Below the pieces are notes generated by a model. That model was given only the letters and a program-made list of their open reading frames with translations, did no database searches and was not told where the DNA came from. Both the position numbers and the translations under genes were made by a program. DNA of 62,967 nucleotides, the filler included, from Klebsormidium nitens (Eukaryota; Plantae; Klebsormidiophyceae), in NCBI GenBank assembly GCA_000708835.1. It is 4 parts of 4 records of this genome, joined end to end, with 100 filler letters (N's around TTAATTAATTAA, not from the genome) between each part and the next. Parts side by side here need not be neighbours in the genome. Positions count along the whole stretch, not along the records: positions 1 to 24,313 come from DF237855.1; 3 more parts are not named here. One strand, 5' to 3'. Below are positions 12,029 through 24,413 of the stretch, piece by piece; positions within the stretch are counted from its first letter, which is position 1; each line of letters starts with the position of its first letter.

Positions 12029-15000
12029 ATGCCTCGCAAAGTGAGCGTTGCAGCAACTCAGTTTGCGTGTACCAGTGATGAAGCTACTAACGTCCAGAAT
12101 GCTGAAAGGTGAGCACTTTTTATCCGATGATAAGCAGCTCTCTAAAATCTGTTTGCATACTGTCACGATCAAGCCAGCACGTTGTGTGCCTCTGCAATTC
12201 CTGTCAATCAGGGCACTTTTTGAGATCATTCTTGTTGCCAAGATAAGCTCTTGATTTTCTGACAGGATGATTCGCGAAGCAGCCAAGAAAGGGGCACAAA
12301 TCATCCTGATCCAGGTGAGCTGGGTTTTGTACTTAGATGAAAGACTAGGAGCTTCCACCATGGTAAACCACGGGTGAACAACAGATCATTCTATACACTT
12401 GGCTACTCTTTTATCAAGGCACACCTGATTCCCTGCACTGGTTCCCAGTCTTGTGACAAGGGCCATCATTTCTTGTTGCAGTTGCACGTAATCTTGCAGA
12501 TTTCCAACATGTGAGAGTCAGCCGCACTTGTCTCCCTTTTTTGAAGTTCCCCAATGCACGACAGAGTCGTTCTCGTCTTCTGTATACAGGAGCTCTTTGA
12601 GAACCTTTACTTCTGTCAGCATCAGAAGGAGGCTCTCTTCTCATATGCGAAGCCGAGGGAGGGGCATCCGCTCCTTGCAAGGTGGGTTAGCCAAGCCCCC
12701 CTGATATCACCCTCAACAAGCGATGAAGAATTCCAAGTTATACGACTTGTGGTCTGTAATCAGCGCAAGCAGTCCTCTTCTGCAGGCAGGGACCTGTGAC
12801 ACTCGCGTCTTCGATTCAAGTTTGTATGACAGACGGAGGGGACTGGGCGCTTTTGTACCTGTTCAAGGGCTCCAGCTGAACTTATGCTAGACTTGCAGGT
12901 TTGCGGCGCTCGCAAAAGAGCTGGCGGTGGTGTTGCCTGTGAGTTTCTTTGAGAGAGCGAACAACGCCCACTTCAATTCAGTGGTGGTCATTGACGCGGA
13001 TGGCACAGAACTTGGCCTCTATAGAAAGACGCACATACCCGATGGCACAGGCAAGTCAACTCCTTCATACTGTGTGACAGCTTCAGATTGAACCTTTTGC
13101 ATCGGCAGTCGCCACATGCAAAGCATATACTGTCCCCATGCAGCGATGCTTCCGATATTCGATAGTATCTGATGTACTAATACGTACTTTTTCTGGTTTC
13201 AGGTTATCAAGAAAAGTTCTACTTTAACCCTGGGGATACAGGCTTCAAGGTGCCTTCCTTCTCTTCCTATTCCCCTCTGAGATTGGCCGATACTGAGGCC
13301 TCTCGACTCGCTTTTGACTTGTCACTCTCAACTCCTCGTCTTGCTTTGTGAGACTAGATGCCCAACCTTTCAACCTGATGCCAACGTGAAAGAAGGCAAT
13401 GTCATGGCTCTGCAGTCTCCATCCCATCCCGGTTTGACTGCTGACTTGCACAGCTTTCTTATTCAGGTCTTCAAGACAAAATACGCTGACATAGGAGTTG
13501 GTAAGTTACAACCGCCTTTGTATGTGTCTAAAAAAAAATTAATAGCAATAAGTATGCAAGCAAGCAAGGACGTGCTCCAGCTCGCAGAGTTGCTTGGCAG
13601 GCGATAGCATAAGAAACTGACCAGATCCCAGATGGTGTGGTTATTAGTGAGGCACTGATTGAAGGGACGCTCATCTCTGCTTAACGGGAAGGAACGACAA
13701 GAGTATGATGACTCCCAAGCTGTCTTGATTCCTCCAAAATTTCCTGTCTTTAAGCTAATATTCTGATTAATCTGGTGTGTCGTCATCATGGGCAATCACA
13801 CCATCCGAATTGAGTAGAGTTCTTTGTAGAGCTTCTGTTTTCATCCGGAAGGCTTCGAGAATACATTACAGCAAAACTCTAAACACTGAAACTTACTCTG
13901 AAATGTGGCACTCTTTTGCAGCGATTTGCTGGGATCAATGGTTTCCTGAAGCGGCGCGGTCGATGGCACTAATGGGGGCGGAAATTTTATGTGAGCTGGC
14001 TCCTCGATTTGCGTGAATCCTCTCGCCATTTCGACATCAGGCTCTCGTTCCCTCTCCTTGTCGTCGTGAATGGAGGTATGCAGCTCGATGAGGACGCCAA
14101 TTCGATCTGCTGCAAGGGTAATTGTTCTTACTCATTCGAGCTGAGCAAGTTGATTGTGCTTCTGATCGCTCAGTCTAATGACTGGCTGACATTGCCGCTG
14201 CCGGAGCCATCTCACGAAATGAACGAAACGGAATGTACGAAAGGTACCGTTCCAAACTGGAAACTGTTGCAGATGCGAGGATCGCATCTGGCCCTTTCTG
14301 GCACTGCAAGATTATCCAGAACGTTTCGGACCTTCAGAGGCGTCTGCGTGTTCTTCATTGGACCCACGCAAGAGAAGGGAAGCCCCTTGGTAGACCCAGC
14401 GCTTTCAGGGACTGAGGATCTTCACACGCGTTTGTCTTCGAGTCTCAGAAACGCTTGCTTTTGTATTTCCGACAATCTCGAGGGGGCCCGATCGTCATCT
14501 ACTTTCAAGACGGTATAAGCACCAGGCCATGCGGCTTGAAGAAGCCCCGTCGAAGTTTGACGGAAAGAATTGTTCTATTCCTGTCTCGGGGGCCAAAGAT
14601 GGCTCTTACGGACTCCAAAAATCATTGATTACGATTCCCGCTTTTTTGCTGTTTCCAGTTTATCCGACGGCCATCGGGACCGAGCCCCAGGACGCGACGA
14701 TCGACTCGCGGCACCACTGGCGGCGCGTTATGCAGGGGCACGCGGGCGCAAACCTGGTACCCGTGGTCGCGTCAAACCGGATAGGGAAGGAGGTGTTCAA
14801 GGACCCCGACAGCGAGATCACCTTCTACGGCACGTCGTTTATCGCAGGTGCGTCCGAAGCCCACAAGCTTGGTAAAAGGTCGAGAAGTGTCCCGAATGGA
14901 TTCTTTGGTATGGCGTCTCGAGATGACATGACGATCAGACCGTAAGTCAACAATTCCCTTTTTGAGAGCAAATTTGCTGGTGGAATGAGTCAAGCGAGGA

Positions 15001-15614
15001 AGCTCACTTTTCCCAAATTGAAATTTGAAATTGAAAGTGCAAGTAGTTGTTGGTTGTCGAGTTGTGTATCTGCGTGGCGACTTGCAGGAAGGCCCAAGCA
15101 GTGGTCTCGAAGTCAAAGTTTCGGCTGAGATTCCGACCTTTCGAAATTGATCCAAAAAACTTGTTGTTGTTGGTAGTTGGCACACAAAGAGCCTCTGCGT
15201 TCAAAGAGCGCGCTTTTTACATCTGGGTATGTATAAGCAAGAGATTGCCTGACTGTCACGTCGTAATTGCCTTACTAATCTGTCGCGTTAAGTCTGCTTC
15301 GCAAATTGCATCACTACATTTTATCTGACCGTCAGCAAGAGTACACGGACCTGGGTACCGGACCATCGTCAAGCGAGTGTGAGTTGGACAAACTCTGTCG
15401 TTCAGTGTTCCGTAAATCTGTACGGAACATAATCCGCTCTGCTGCAGGCCCAACTGGCGAGGTTGTTGTAGACGCTAACGACAAGGACGAAGCCGTCATT
15501 GTTGCATCCTTTGACCTGGACCAGATTCGGGGGCAGCGCGCTGGCTGGGGTGTGTTCCGGGATCGACGGCCAGAGATGTACAAGCCGCTTCTTACTCTGG
15601 ACGGGAGAATCTGA
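12029..15614 (+). CDS. N-carbamoylputrescine amidase (nitrilase superfamily, plant CPA/NLP1, bacterial AguB-like), multi-exon
   Basis: Ten exons reconstruct MPRKVSVAATQFAC..., IILIQ|ELF (catalytic E), YRKTHIPDG (K), YQEKFYFNPGDTGF, ICWDQWFPEAAR (C), YPTAIG.EP, ASNRIG and FRDRRP. Confidence 0.95.
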
Positions 15615-16951
15615 TGTTGGCGGCTCTATGTTCTGTTGTAAACGGCATGATGAAGAGCATTCATGGTGCACAATTCGAGGTTCTCGTTGCCTTGAAATAA
15701 TTGACTGCGGATTGCAATCCTGCGCGCCCTGATCATGGCAGATGTGCCTTGCACAGAAAGCTGCCTCGCCTTGCGATCCTTTTCTGCATGCTTTTTGGCA
15801 CCGCAGTCTCTCTTGGAGGAAAGCACCCCTGGCAAGGGTGATCCAATCATGCACATATATGCATGCACGCAAAGATGGCACATCGGCCAATTTTATGCAT
15901 ATCTGGTGAACCGTAATCATGCGCACGCACGCGGCGGGCCATGCTATAGCTTCCTTACATGCATAATTGTATCCAGCAGGCTACTATACGCCTATCCATC
16001 CGGGTCGAATGCAGACGCGCGCGAGCCCCGGCCCGGCCAGGTGCACGTATGCATTTCTCATGTTGAGGTGCATGGTATACATGGTAGACCGCCCGGGAGG
16101 GCGGTGGGGGCTTGCCTATTCTGTGGGGCGACCGGGCCGATTTTACAAAGTACGTTTGCTGGCTATTGCGGATCAGTCCCGTTCTCCCAGATTGTACCTA
16201 GGACGCCTACGATAGGATTACCTATAGTCGAGATGCGCCTACCGAACTATGTGCCGCAGGTGGCAGGAAAGCCTGCGGTGTGCGGCAAATATCCAGGCGC
16301 CCAACAGCTTCCATGCAAATATTCGTGAATTCCCATCGGAGTAACAGAGCATTGATTTTCTGTAGTTTGTTGTGGGATATTTCCAGCGCAATGGTCAGTA
16401 CAGCCTCGTACGGTGCGTACTGTAAGCGCTGTGCAGTGCATACCAGGTCACCAGGCTTCCCTCCTCCCGGGCACTTTGACGCATCTTTACCATCTTTGGG
16501 TGCAATTCTGATGGAGTCCATTGCAGTTAAGGGTATTCTAATTTCTTTTTTCTGCACTCAATGACCGGGTTAAGAGGCAGTGTCAGGCGCTTGGCAGAGG
16601 TACCAACTTCAACGTGGCAACTTCGCACGAGTTCGTAGAACCCGGAATGTCACGTGGCAGCTCTACAAAAACTCTGTTTGGAGAAATCGAGGGTGAACGT
16701 TACATGATTACGTAATTTTGCGGCGGCCCACTCGCGTCCGCGTTCGATGCGTAGCATCAAATCATGAAGGCGCGCGGCCCAGTCTGTCCTTGGCCCCGGA
16801 CCAGGTGTGGATCTTTTGGGGGATTTTGCGTACGTTTTCGTATCGAATCAGGGGCAACCGAAAAACAAGCTAGACTCCGCATCGTTATCTTCCGCAGAGC
16901 GGCGTCATACAGCGTCGCCCGAAGAGCGGCTGGTAGCAAACCAAAGGTTCG

Positions 16952-17042
16952 CATATTGGCTTCCCTCTTCCCGTAGGGAAGTAGGGCAACCATATTGGCT
17001 TGCCTCTTCCCGTAGGGAAGTAGGGCAACCATACATATTGGG
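16952..17042. repeat. 39-bp tandem repeat (two full copies and a partial third) with internal hairpin
   Basis: CATATTGGCTT(C/G)CCTCTTCCCGTAGGGAAGTAGGGCAAC starts at 16952 and 16991. The internal stem is CTTCCC-gta-GGGAAG, nested in TTGCC..GGCAA. Confidence 0.85.
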
Positions 17043-17769
17043 TTTTTTGCCGCTGTACGGCGCCGCTGCGCGGGCCCGCAAATCGACCTGCTCGGGTCGG
17101 CCCTGTTCGACGATAAAACTCGCTGTACGGCATAGAAAAATGGCCGGATAGCGGTGCGAAAGTTTTTTCGACTGGGCCCGCATGCAGCGCAGTTGTCAGT
17201 TTACGCATCGAACATTTTGGTTGTATACTAAGGCACGTGGTCTTCTAACTTGCTGACGTGTAAGTGCTGCGCTCTTCTCTCTCGGGCCCATTTGTTGATC
17301 GGTGGGTTGCGATTTTGAGTCTGCTGATATCGACGGTTACTATTTCCCCTGGTAGAACTTCTTTTTAGGTACGCATTGTCAATGCCCGTGTGGTACGGCC
17401 TAAGCTTGTTCGATGCTTTCATCTCTCTCAGCTGCGCGGTTTCTTTTGGAAGTAGGTAGTCAGGTGCTTGTGGCGCTTTGAGGGGGGCGCGATCATGGCG
17501 TCCCCTGCAGACGACGCGGATCGGTATGGCTCGTTAGACTCGCTGGGAAATCTTGTGCATGTGGTTAGTCTCGATGGGCGCTTCGATCAATTCGCTGGAG
17601 AAGTAGTTGGTTGGGAGGGGGAGGAAGTTGAGTACGCTGTGAGGGTTCGTAGTCTGGAAATGTTGTGAGAGGGGTGCATGCTGTAGAGATGACTTACTTG
17701 ACCCTTGCGCAGCAGTTTCGTGCCTTTAATCAATCTGATGGGCAATCTGTGCAGCCTACTGAGCTGAGC

Positions 17770-18277
17770 GGTAGGTACAGGGGCGTGGGATTGCGTAAGC
17801 GGTCTATCTTTCCCTATGAGCTTAGGTGTATGGTTTCTGGCAAGCAGTATCACGTCGGATAGTTTTCAACTGAGGAGAGAGCTGCGAGGGCTTATGATTA
17901 CGTAATGAGAGCATTGATGGCAGACGGGGCGTATAAGAGGCCGCTGAATTTTGCTGCTGCGAGGCCGTTGGGTGCAGGAGAGAGGGCGGAAGCTGACAAA
18001 TGCCTGGTGTCTCTGCAAGGTAAGTTGCGGGAGCGGGAGAGTCGTGCTACTGAGCTGCGTTCAGCGTCTAATGTGGTTTCGGCAGGGCCTGTCTGTCTTC
18101 CAAGATATGTTGGAGTGAAAGAAGAACTCTCGCATGGTGGTGTGAGGTACCGAGCGCGCATTCAGCATGCTCACTGTGTCTATGATCTTGGTACTTATGC
18201 AACCCCCTTGGAAGCCGCAAAAGTGCATGATTACGCTGGACGGAGGTGTGCAGTTATGAGAAAGATGAATTTCCCGT
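17770..18277 (+). pseudogene. Two tandem AP2/ERF-like DNA-binding domains at the N-terminus of the Helentron protein
   Basis: GRYRGVGLRK...YHVG*FSTEERAARAYDYVM...LNF (17770-17952, with an internal stop) and RYVGVK...YRARI...YDLGTYATPLEAAKVHDYA...MNFP (18103-18277). Confidence 0.8.
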
Positions 18278-19260
18278 TACAATTTGATCTAGGCCTCAGT
18301 GTGGAGGCTCAGGCTCATATCGATAACGTGGTGACAGCAATGACGCCGACTAGAATGAGGTCGGCGAGTGATGCTGGTGTCGCCTCGTTTGACGACATTT
18401 GTCGTCAGTTTCGACGTCTGAGTGATGAGGGCCCGACGTACGTATGTAGCTCCTGCCGTCGCACTTGGTTTTCGCATTCTGTGTGTGAAATGAGCGATGG
18501 TCTAAGGGGCCGGCTGGACTCTGCTGCATCTACTACTTGGCTGTCAGGGCGACGTTCTGTTGGAACCAAGGAATGGGTTTGTAAAACATGTTATCGATAC
18601 TTATCGAAGAGCAAGTGTCCCCCTGGTGCACCGTGTCGGCAACCAGATTTTCGACCGCTTGCTCCCGCTCTTCGGGGTCTCAGCGGAATGGAGAATGACT
18701 TGATTGCCATGCGGCTCGCTTTTATGAAAATGCGCGGTTTGCCACCATCTGTGGCTGGGGGTCCTAGAAGGTTGGGACAGCTTGCTTTGAAAGGAATGGT
18801 GGTTAATGTGCCAGCTGATCTTAGTAAAATTCAGCTCGCACTTCCTAGATTCGTGGACTCGGAAGGTACGATTCCTGTTGCCATAAAGTACAAACTTCAA
18901 CATAAAGCGTGTTACCGTGCTGCCGAAAATGTGCGGCCTGCAAAACTTCGTGACGCTTTAGAATTTCTGGTTTCTCATCCAACGTTGTGGCGTGAAGCGC
19001 GTGTTACTATTCGGTTTGATTGGTTGAACGGTACCGGCGAGTTTGCAGCTTCGGATGCTGTGGAAGTGCTGCGTCTTAAAAATCAGCTCGGGCTTGAGGG
19101 CGGGGTGATTGCCGCGGAGACAAATTCTTCTTCTGATTCCGATGACGATTTGATTGATGACGACAGACTTCCGCCTGAAGAGACGATGCTGCAAGATGTG
19201 CCGACCTTTGTGACGTCACATACGTTTGGTGTCAATGTTGCCCCAGCAGAAGGGCATTGA

Positions 19261-21600
19261 AACTCCAGTCGGATACTGCAAGATCCGTTAGCCGAGGAAA
19301 AGGCCTTTCCTTGCCTATTCAATGGGCTGGCGAGACCAGACATTGCATTAAGTTATAGCCAGCTTTGCAAATTCGAACTCACGAATGAGGATCGTCGCTT
19401 TGCTCAGCATTCCAGTAACATCTTTTATAAATACCGCAAGCTTCAGACAATTGCTGTATCTCGTGCGTCTTGGTTGCGTGTGCGGAAAAAGAAACTGCGG
19501 GGGGGGACTTTTCCGACTGCCGGAGAACTTCGAACTGCTTCGTTCAAAACTTCGTTGGTGTCTCAGAATGTGGGTTTCCGTGACTTCAAAACGTTGCGAG
19601 GAAGTCCTGACTATAATCGAGAAGGAAAGAGAGAAGCGTTTGGTATGATTAGACAGCTGCGTCCGTTTCAGATTTTTGCTACGTTCACGATGGCTGAAAC
19701 TCATTGGGCCGCTTTGCTTCGAAATCTACATCAGTTGGCGTTTGGTATTGAGCTTTCTGAAGATGCAGCTTTGGAACTTCCGTGGGCCGTCAAGGCTCGT
19801 CTAATTCGAGACGATCCGGTGACAGCCGCGCGGTGTTCAAATCATGGAAATCGACGGTCTCATTTGATTGGCATGATGCGAAAACATTCTTCTCTTATCG
19901 GTGAGATTACTGACTTCTTCTGGCGAGACGAGTTTCAGCAACGAGGAACGCCGCATACTCATGCGGCTTTCTACTTGGCTGATTTTCCGAAGTACGGAAT
20001 TGATGATGATTCTGTTGTCGTGAGGTTCATCGACGGGCTTGTAACGTGCTCTCTAGACCAAGCTTCTGCGGCTAATCTGGTCGGTCAGTTTCATCATCAC
20101 AGTGCGGATTACTGTCAGAAACAGAAGAATCCCGGAGGCACTCCGAAGTGTCAATTCGGGTTTCCACGCCCACCGCTTCACGAGACCATGAGTTTGCGCC
20201 CGCTGCCTGAAAGTTTGTCAGACTTTAGGAAAAAGGAGTGCGCTCGAATCTTTAAGAGAATTGTGAGTGCTGTGAAACAGTTGGATGAAGAATGCTCTGC
20301 TCTGACTTGTGTCGACTTCTATGCGAGCGTGGGTTTGACGTCGGCGGAATACGTACTCGGATTGTGGTCTAGTTTGATGAAGCCAGCTGTGTTTCTGAAA
20401 CGCTTGCCGGCTGAGAGGAATATAAACAATTATAACCCGAAGTTGTTGATTCTTCTTGGTGGCACAAATATGGACTTTCAGTTCGTCTTAGAAGCGTATG
20501 CTGCCGCTAATTACATAAGTTCGTACATGATGAAAACCGATTACCGGCTCAGCAAAATCTTTGATCAAGCATATGCAGAGGCGCGGCGAGGAGACATGGA
20601 GCTGCGCCGAAGCATACGGCATGTCGGCATGGCTTTGCTTAAGGGTCAGGAAGTGTCCGCACAAAAAGCAGTTTACGGTTGTCTTGGACTTCCGTTGCGG
20701 TACTCTTCACGCGAGCACATCTTTATTCCGTCCGGTTTATCGGGAGACCGTACGTATTTGCTTAAGAGTGAACAGATGCTACGATGTTTGCCGGAAGATT
20801 CGACGGATTGCATAGCGTCTAACATAATCGACAAGTATGCCATGCGTCTACAGAATCCGACTTTGCAGGGGACTGGTGATCTTTGCTTAGCAGACTTTGC
20901 TGCTTGGTACGACTTATCAGCTGTCCGTCTAGTTCCGGAAGAAGAGGTTAACGATGATCAAGTGACTGGCGCTGAGGAGTCAGACGTCCCAACTGCCGGT
21001 ACGGATGCTGCTCACAGCGTGCGCAGTTGTCAAACTTTTCGAAAACGGACGAAGGCTAAAATCATACATTTTGTTGGCTATAAGCAGGCAAAAGATTCGG
21101 ACCTTTTCTTTCGTGAACGGATTCTTCTGTTTCTGCCTTGGAAGTTTGATGGTAACAGTCTGATGACTCTCAGCAAAGAAGAAGATGAGATTCTATTGGC
21201 TGGTTATGACAGCTTTGAAGCGCGCTACGAGGCCTCAAAGGACACGATCGACTTTAATGCTGCACACTACGATTACCATTCTGGGATCGACTGGGAAGAA
21301 GTGGAAAGGTATGCTGAGGCTACAGCGGCTGCAGATGCAGATTTGGAGGATTCGTTTGTACGCCCTTTTCCGCCAGACTCGACGGACTCGATTGTTCCGC
21401 CGGATCACGCGGTTTCCGCGGACTCGTCGGTTCCGCCGGAATTCACTGTCGCGCCGGATTTCCACACTTCGTCCGTCTCATCGGCGACTGAACGATTGCC
21501 AAGCGCTCAGATATTATTGTCGGACGAGGATTTTCGAGCTCAGATGCGTATGCTGACTCCAACACAAAGGGCTTATGTCAACCACGTGGTGCATTCTCTG
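19261..21600 (+). pseudogene. Helitron HUH Rep (Y2) domain region
   Basis: HUH motif EFQQRGTPHTHAAF and Y2 motif YAAANYISSYMMK, plus typical Helitron motifs FATFT, DPVTAAR, CQFGFP, NNYNP and VSAQKAVY..LGLPL. Confidence 0.9.
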
Positions 21601-21632
21601 AAGTTTCCGAATGCGATCGTATCTTTGTTGAG

Positions 21633-23010
21633 TTTCTCACGGGTGGTGCGGGGACCGGTAAGAGTCTCGTTATCCGGTGCATTACGCAATTGATCGCTCG
21701 TGTTTTCAGCGGTACTTTAGGTCTGCAGCCGTCTTCGCTCAAAATCTTGCTGTCGGCGTATACTGGGAGTGCTGGATTCAACATAGATGGTGTTACGATT
21801 CATTCTGCCTTTAGAATTCCGATGTATGCGAAACTGGCAACGTACCGGCATCTTGGAAGCGCAGCAAAAGCTGCACTGAGAGACAATTACATAGATTTAC
21901 AGCTGAACATCATTGACGAGATTTCTACGGCTGGTGCAAGGCTCTTACAGATGGTCAATTTCCGGCTTCAGGAGATCTTTGAAGTGTCGGATATTTTTGG
22001 GGGAATTCCGATGATTTTGTGTGGAGATTTGTTTCAATTAAAACCTCTGTGGGATGAGTACGTATTTGAAGGCATTTGGAAGAAGGGCGTCATGCTCAGC
22101 AATTTGTGGGAAGAGCTCGTAAAGTCGTTCGAGTTGTTTGAGATCATGCGTCAGAGAAAGTATCTAGAATTTGCTCAAGCTCTGAATCGTTTGCGGATTG
22201 GAGAGCACACGGCTGCGGAGATTGCGTTATTCCAAACAAGAGTAGTCAATCCTGTACGTTTGCCGGCTGATTACTCTGCTTTCGACAAACACATCTATGC
22301 TACACACAAGAAAAGAGACGATCATAATGCTCTGGTGCTACGTATGACGGGAGGTCCTGAATACACGTTGCTGGCTAGAGATGAAGCGCTATCTTATAAT
22401 CTTCCTCATCGAGAGCAGGAGCACTTCCTCTCGAAGGCGCAACGTATGCCTGACACGGAGACTGCAACCCTGTATACAGTGCTTAGCTTAAAAGTCGGGC
22501 TTCTCGTGGAAATAACTTGCAATATTGATATTTCTGACGGTTTGTACAACGGTGCGACTGGTTACATTCGCTACTTTCACAATCTTGGTGGTACTGATCC
22601 TCACGCGATCTGGATTGAGTTTATAGAAGAGAGAATCGGTCGAAAAGCGCGAGAGCAATCTGCGAATCCGTACAGGCTATGTCAAGCGGTCCATCGAACT
22701 TGGACACCAGTGTTTCGTGTCTCGCGGACTTTCCAGGCTTCCCAGAGAGTGGAAAGCTTGCTACTGAGAACGCAGTTTCCGCTGCGACCGGCCACCGCAG
22801 GCACTTTCTATCATGTCCAGGGAATGACGCTGCGCAGAGGGGCCGTCGAGTTTAGAGGAGCATCAAGACGCCACGTGGATGCAGGCCGCCACTACGTGGG
22901 CCTCAGCCGGTTTCCCGATCTCAGCCAAGTTTTCATACTGGATGCCGCCTTTGACGAAATACGGGTAAGTCCTAAAGCGATCGCTGAAACTGCACGACTC
23001 CGTCGAGAAG
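21633..23010 (+). pseudogene. PIF1-family SF1 helicase domain of the Helentron
   Basis: Walker A FLTGGAGTGKS begins at 21633, upstream of the listed ORF start and in its frame. It is followed by IIDEIS, CGDLFQLKP, IMRQ, RTQFPL, VQGMTL and YVGLSR. Confidence 0.9.
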
Positions 23011-23065
23011 CTATGGTTCTTCCGTGCGTGCCATACGTGTCGGAAAGTCCTGGAGAGGACAGAGA

Positions 23066-23650
23066 ACTCAACATCATTGTGCAGAATGTACGCTCTATTA
23101 GGCTCCACATAGAAGATATTTTTACCGATCTCAATTTCCTGAGGAGTCATATTGTTGTCTGTACGGAAGCTCGGTCGTCACCAGCGTGGCCACTAACTTC
23201 TTTGTCTCGAGAAGATTTTGACTTGTACCGAGCTGAAAAGGAGCCTTCGCTGCGAGACGGGTTTGACAGCGTACTGGTCTACGTCAGAAACCGAGATAGA
23301 ATGCTTACCCCCGACATCTTCTCCGTTCTGTTCCAAGGCAATTCGGAGATCTTATGCCTACATGTTCGAGGACGCCCGAACCCGGACTTTTACTTGATTG
23401 CCGTTTACAGGTCTCCATCTAACTCCCATATCGACGCCTTTTTCTGTCAGCTGACATCACTCTTTCAACGACTTACTCAGAGAGCTCCTATTTCGTCTTT
23501 GAACTTCGCAGGTGACTTCAACTTCGACTTACTCAAAAAGTCGTCGCAAACACGCCGGCTCATCGATCTTATGGAATCGTTTGGGGGTAAGCTGCTAAAC
23601 TCTCTGCCAACAACTAATCAAGGAAGTTTACTTGATCACGTCTGGGTGTC
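23066..23650 (+). pseudogene. Apurinic-like (APE/EEP) endonuclease domain fused to the Helentron helicase
   Basis: LNIIVQNVRS, CTEA, YRSPS, GDFNFD and LDHVWV are the EEP-family motifs in the expected order. Confidence 0.85.
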
Positions 23651-24313
23651 TTCCAGTCTCGCAAATGCAGGATCCGCGCGTAATCTGGAGAACAAACTGG
23701 AGCGACCACAGTCCCGTGCACGTGGCGTTCCGCTGGATCGATTGATACGTCCGAGTATTTCTAAAGGTGAGGCGTGTGAACACCGTTTACTTTTGGCAAG
23801 GATTGTAGTGACGTAAGCGTGTGGCTTCTGGTACTTCTTGCTACCTGTTCACAATGTCGCGTAAGTATATAAGCATGCGCAAGATTGGCTGTACAGAATA
23901 ATACCTCGTCTAGTTGCTCGGCCGTTGTCGCGCAATTCGCTCGGCGCGCACGCATCAGAGGCTGACGTCATGACGATCTCATGACGCTGTTCTTCGGCCT
24001 AAGGGTCGTGGGTTCAACTCCGGTTGGCCGCACCTAGGTCGCGCGGACCTAATCTCACCCGTGTGTTGTTGGTGTAAAATCCTCACGGCTCAAAAGTGGG
24101 CGTGGGGTGTCAGTCCAAGAGAATGTGACGATTCGAGGTTCCGTTTTGCCTCGAAGTCGTCGAACTTGGCTGATGTGGCTCGAACTTCACTATATAAGTA
24201 GTGGAGTTGCCGAAATTGTTATCGTAGTCGACCTTTTTCGACGCAGCACAGTGGTAGTGCGGCCGACCATTACATTTAACAAGAGGACAGAAGTTGTCTT
24301 GAGCAGAAAGAAA

Positions 24314-24413
24314 NNNNNNNNNNNNNNNNNNNNNNNNNNNNNNNNNNNNNNNNNNNNTTAATTAATTAANNNNNNNNNNNNNNNNNNNNNNNNNNNNNNN
24401 NNNNNNNNNNNNN
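24314..24413. other. Assembly gap (N44-TTAATTAATTAA-N44)
   Basis: Run of N with an artificial all-frame-stop linker. Confidence 0.98.

Larger units (their letters stand above)
17665..23816 (+). mobile_element. Helentron / Helitron2-type rolling-circle transposon (coding span; termini not fixed)
   Basis: One long reading frame is broken by TAG 17860-62, TGA 19258-60 and a frameshift near 21590-21630. Domains in order: AP2 x2, C4 zinc finger, Helitron motif EEKAFPCLF, HUH Rep, PIF1 helicase, APE-like endonuclease. Confidence 0.92.

Noticed and set aside
23995-24032. tRNA gene at GGGTTCAACTCC
   Set aside because: The T-stem does not pair properly and there is no acceptor, D or anticodon arm.
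24358-24369. TTAATTAATTAA palindrome recurring three times in the window
   Set aside because: It is always centred in 100-nt N runs: an artificial scaffold linker.
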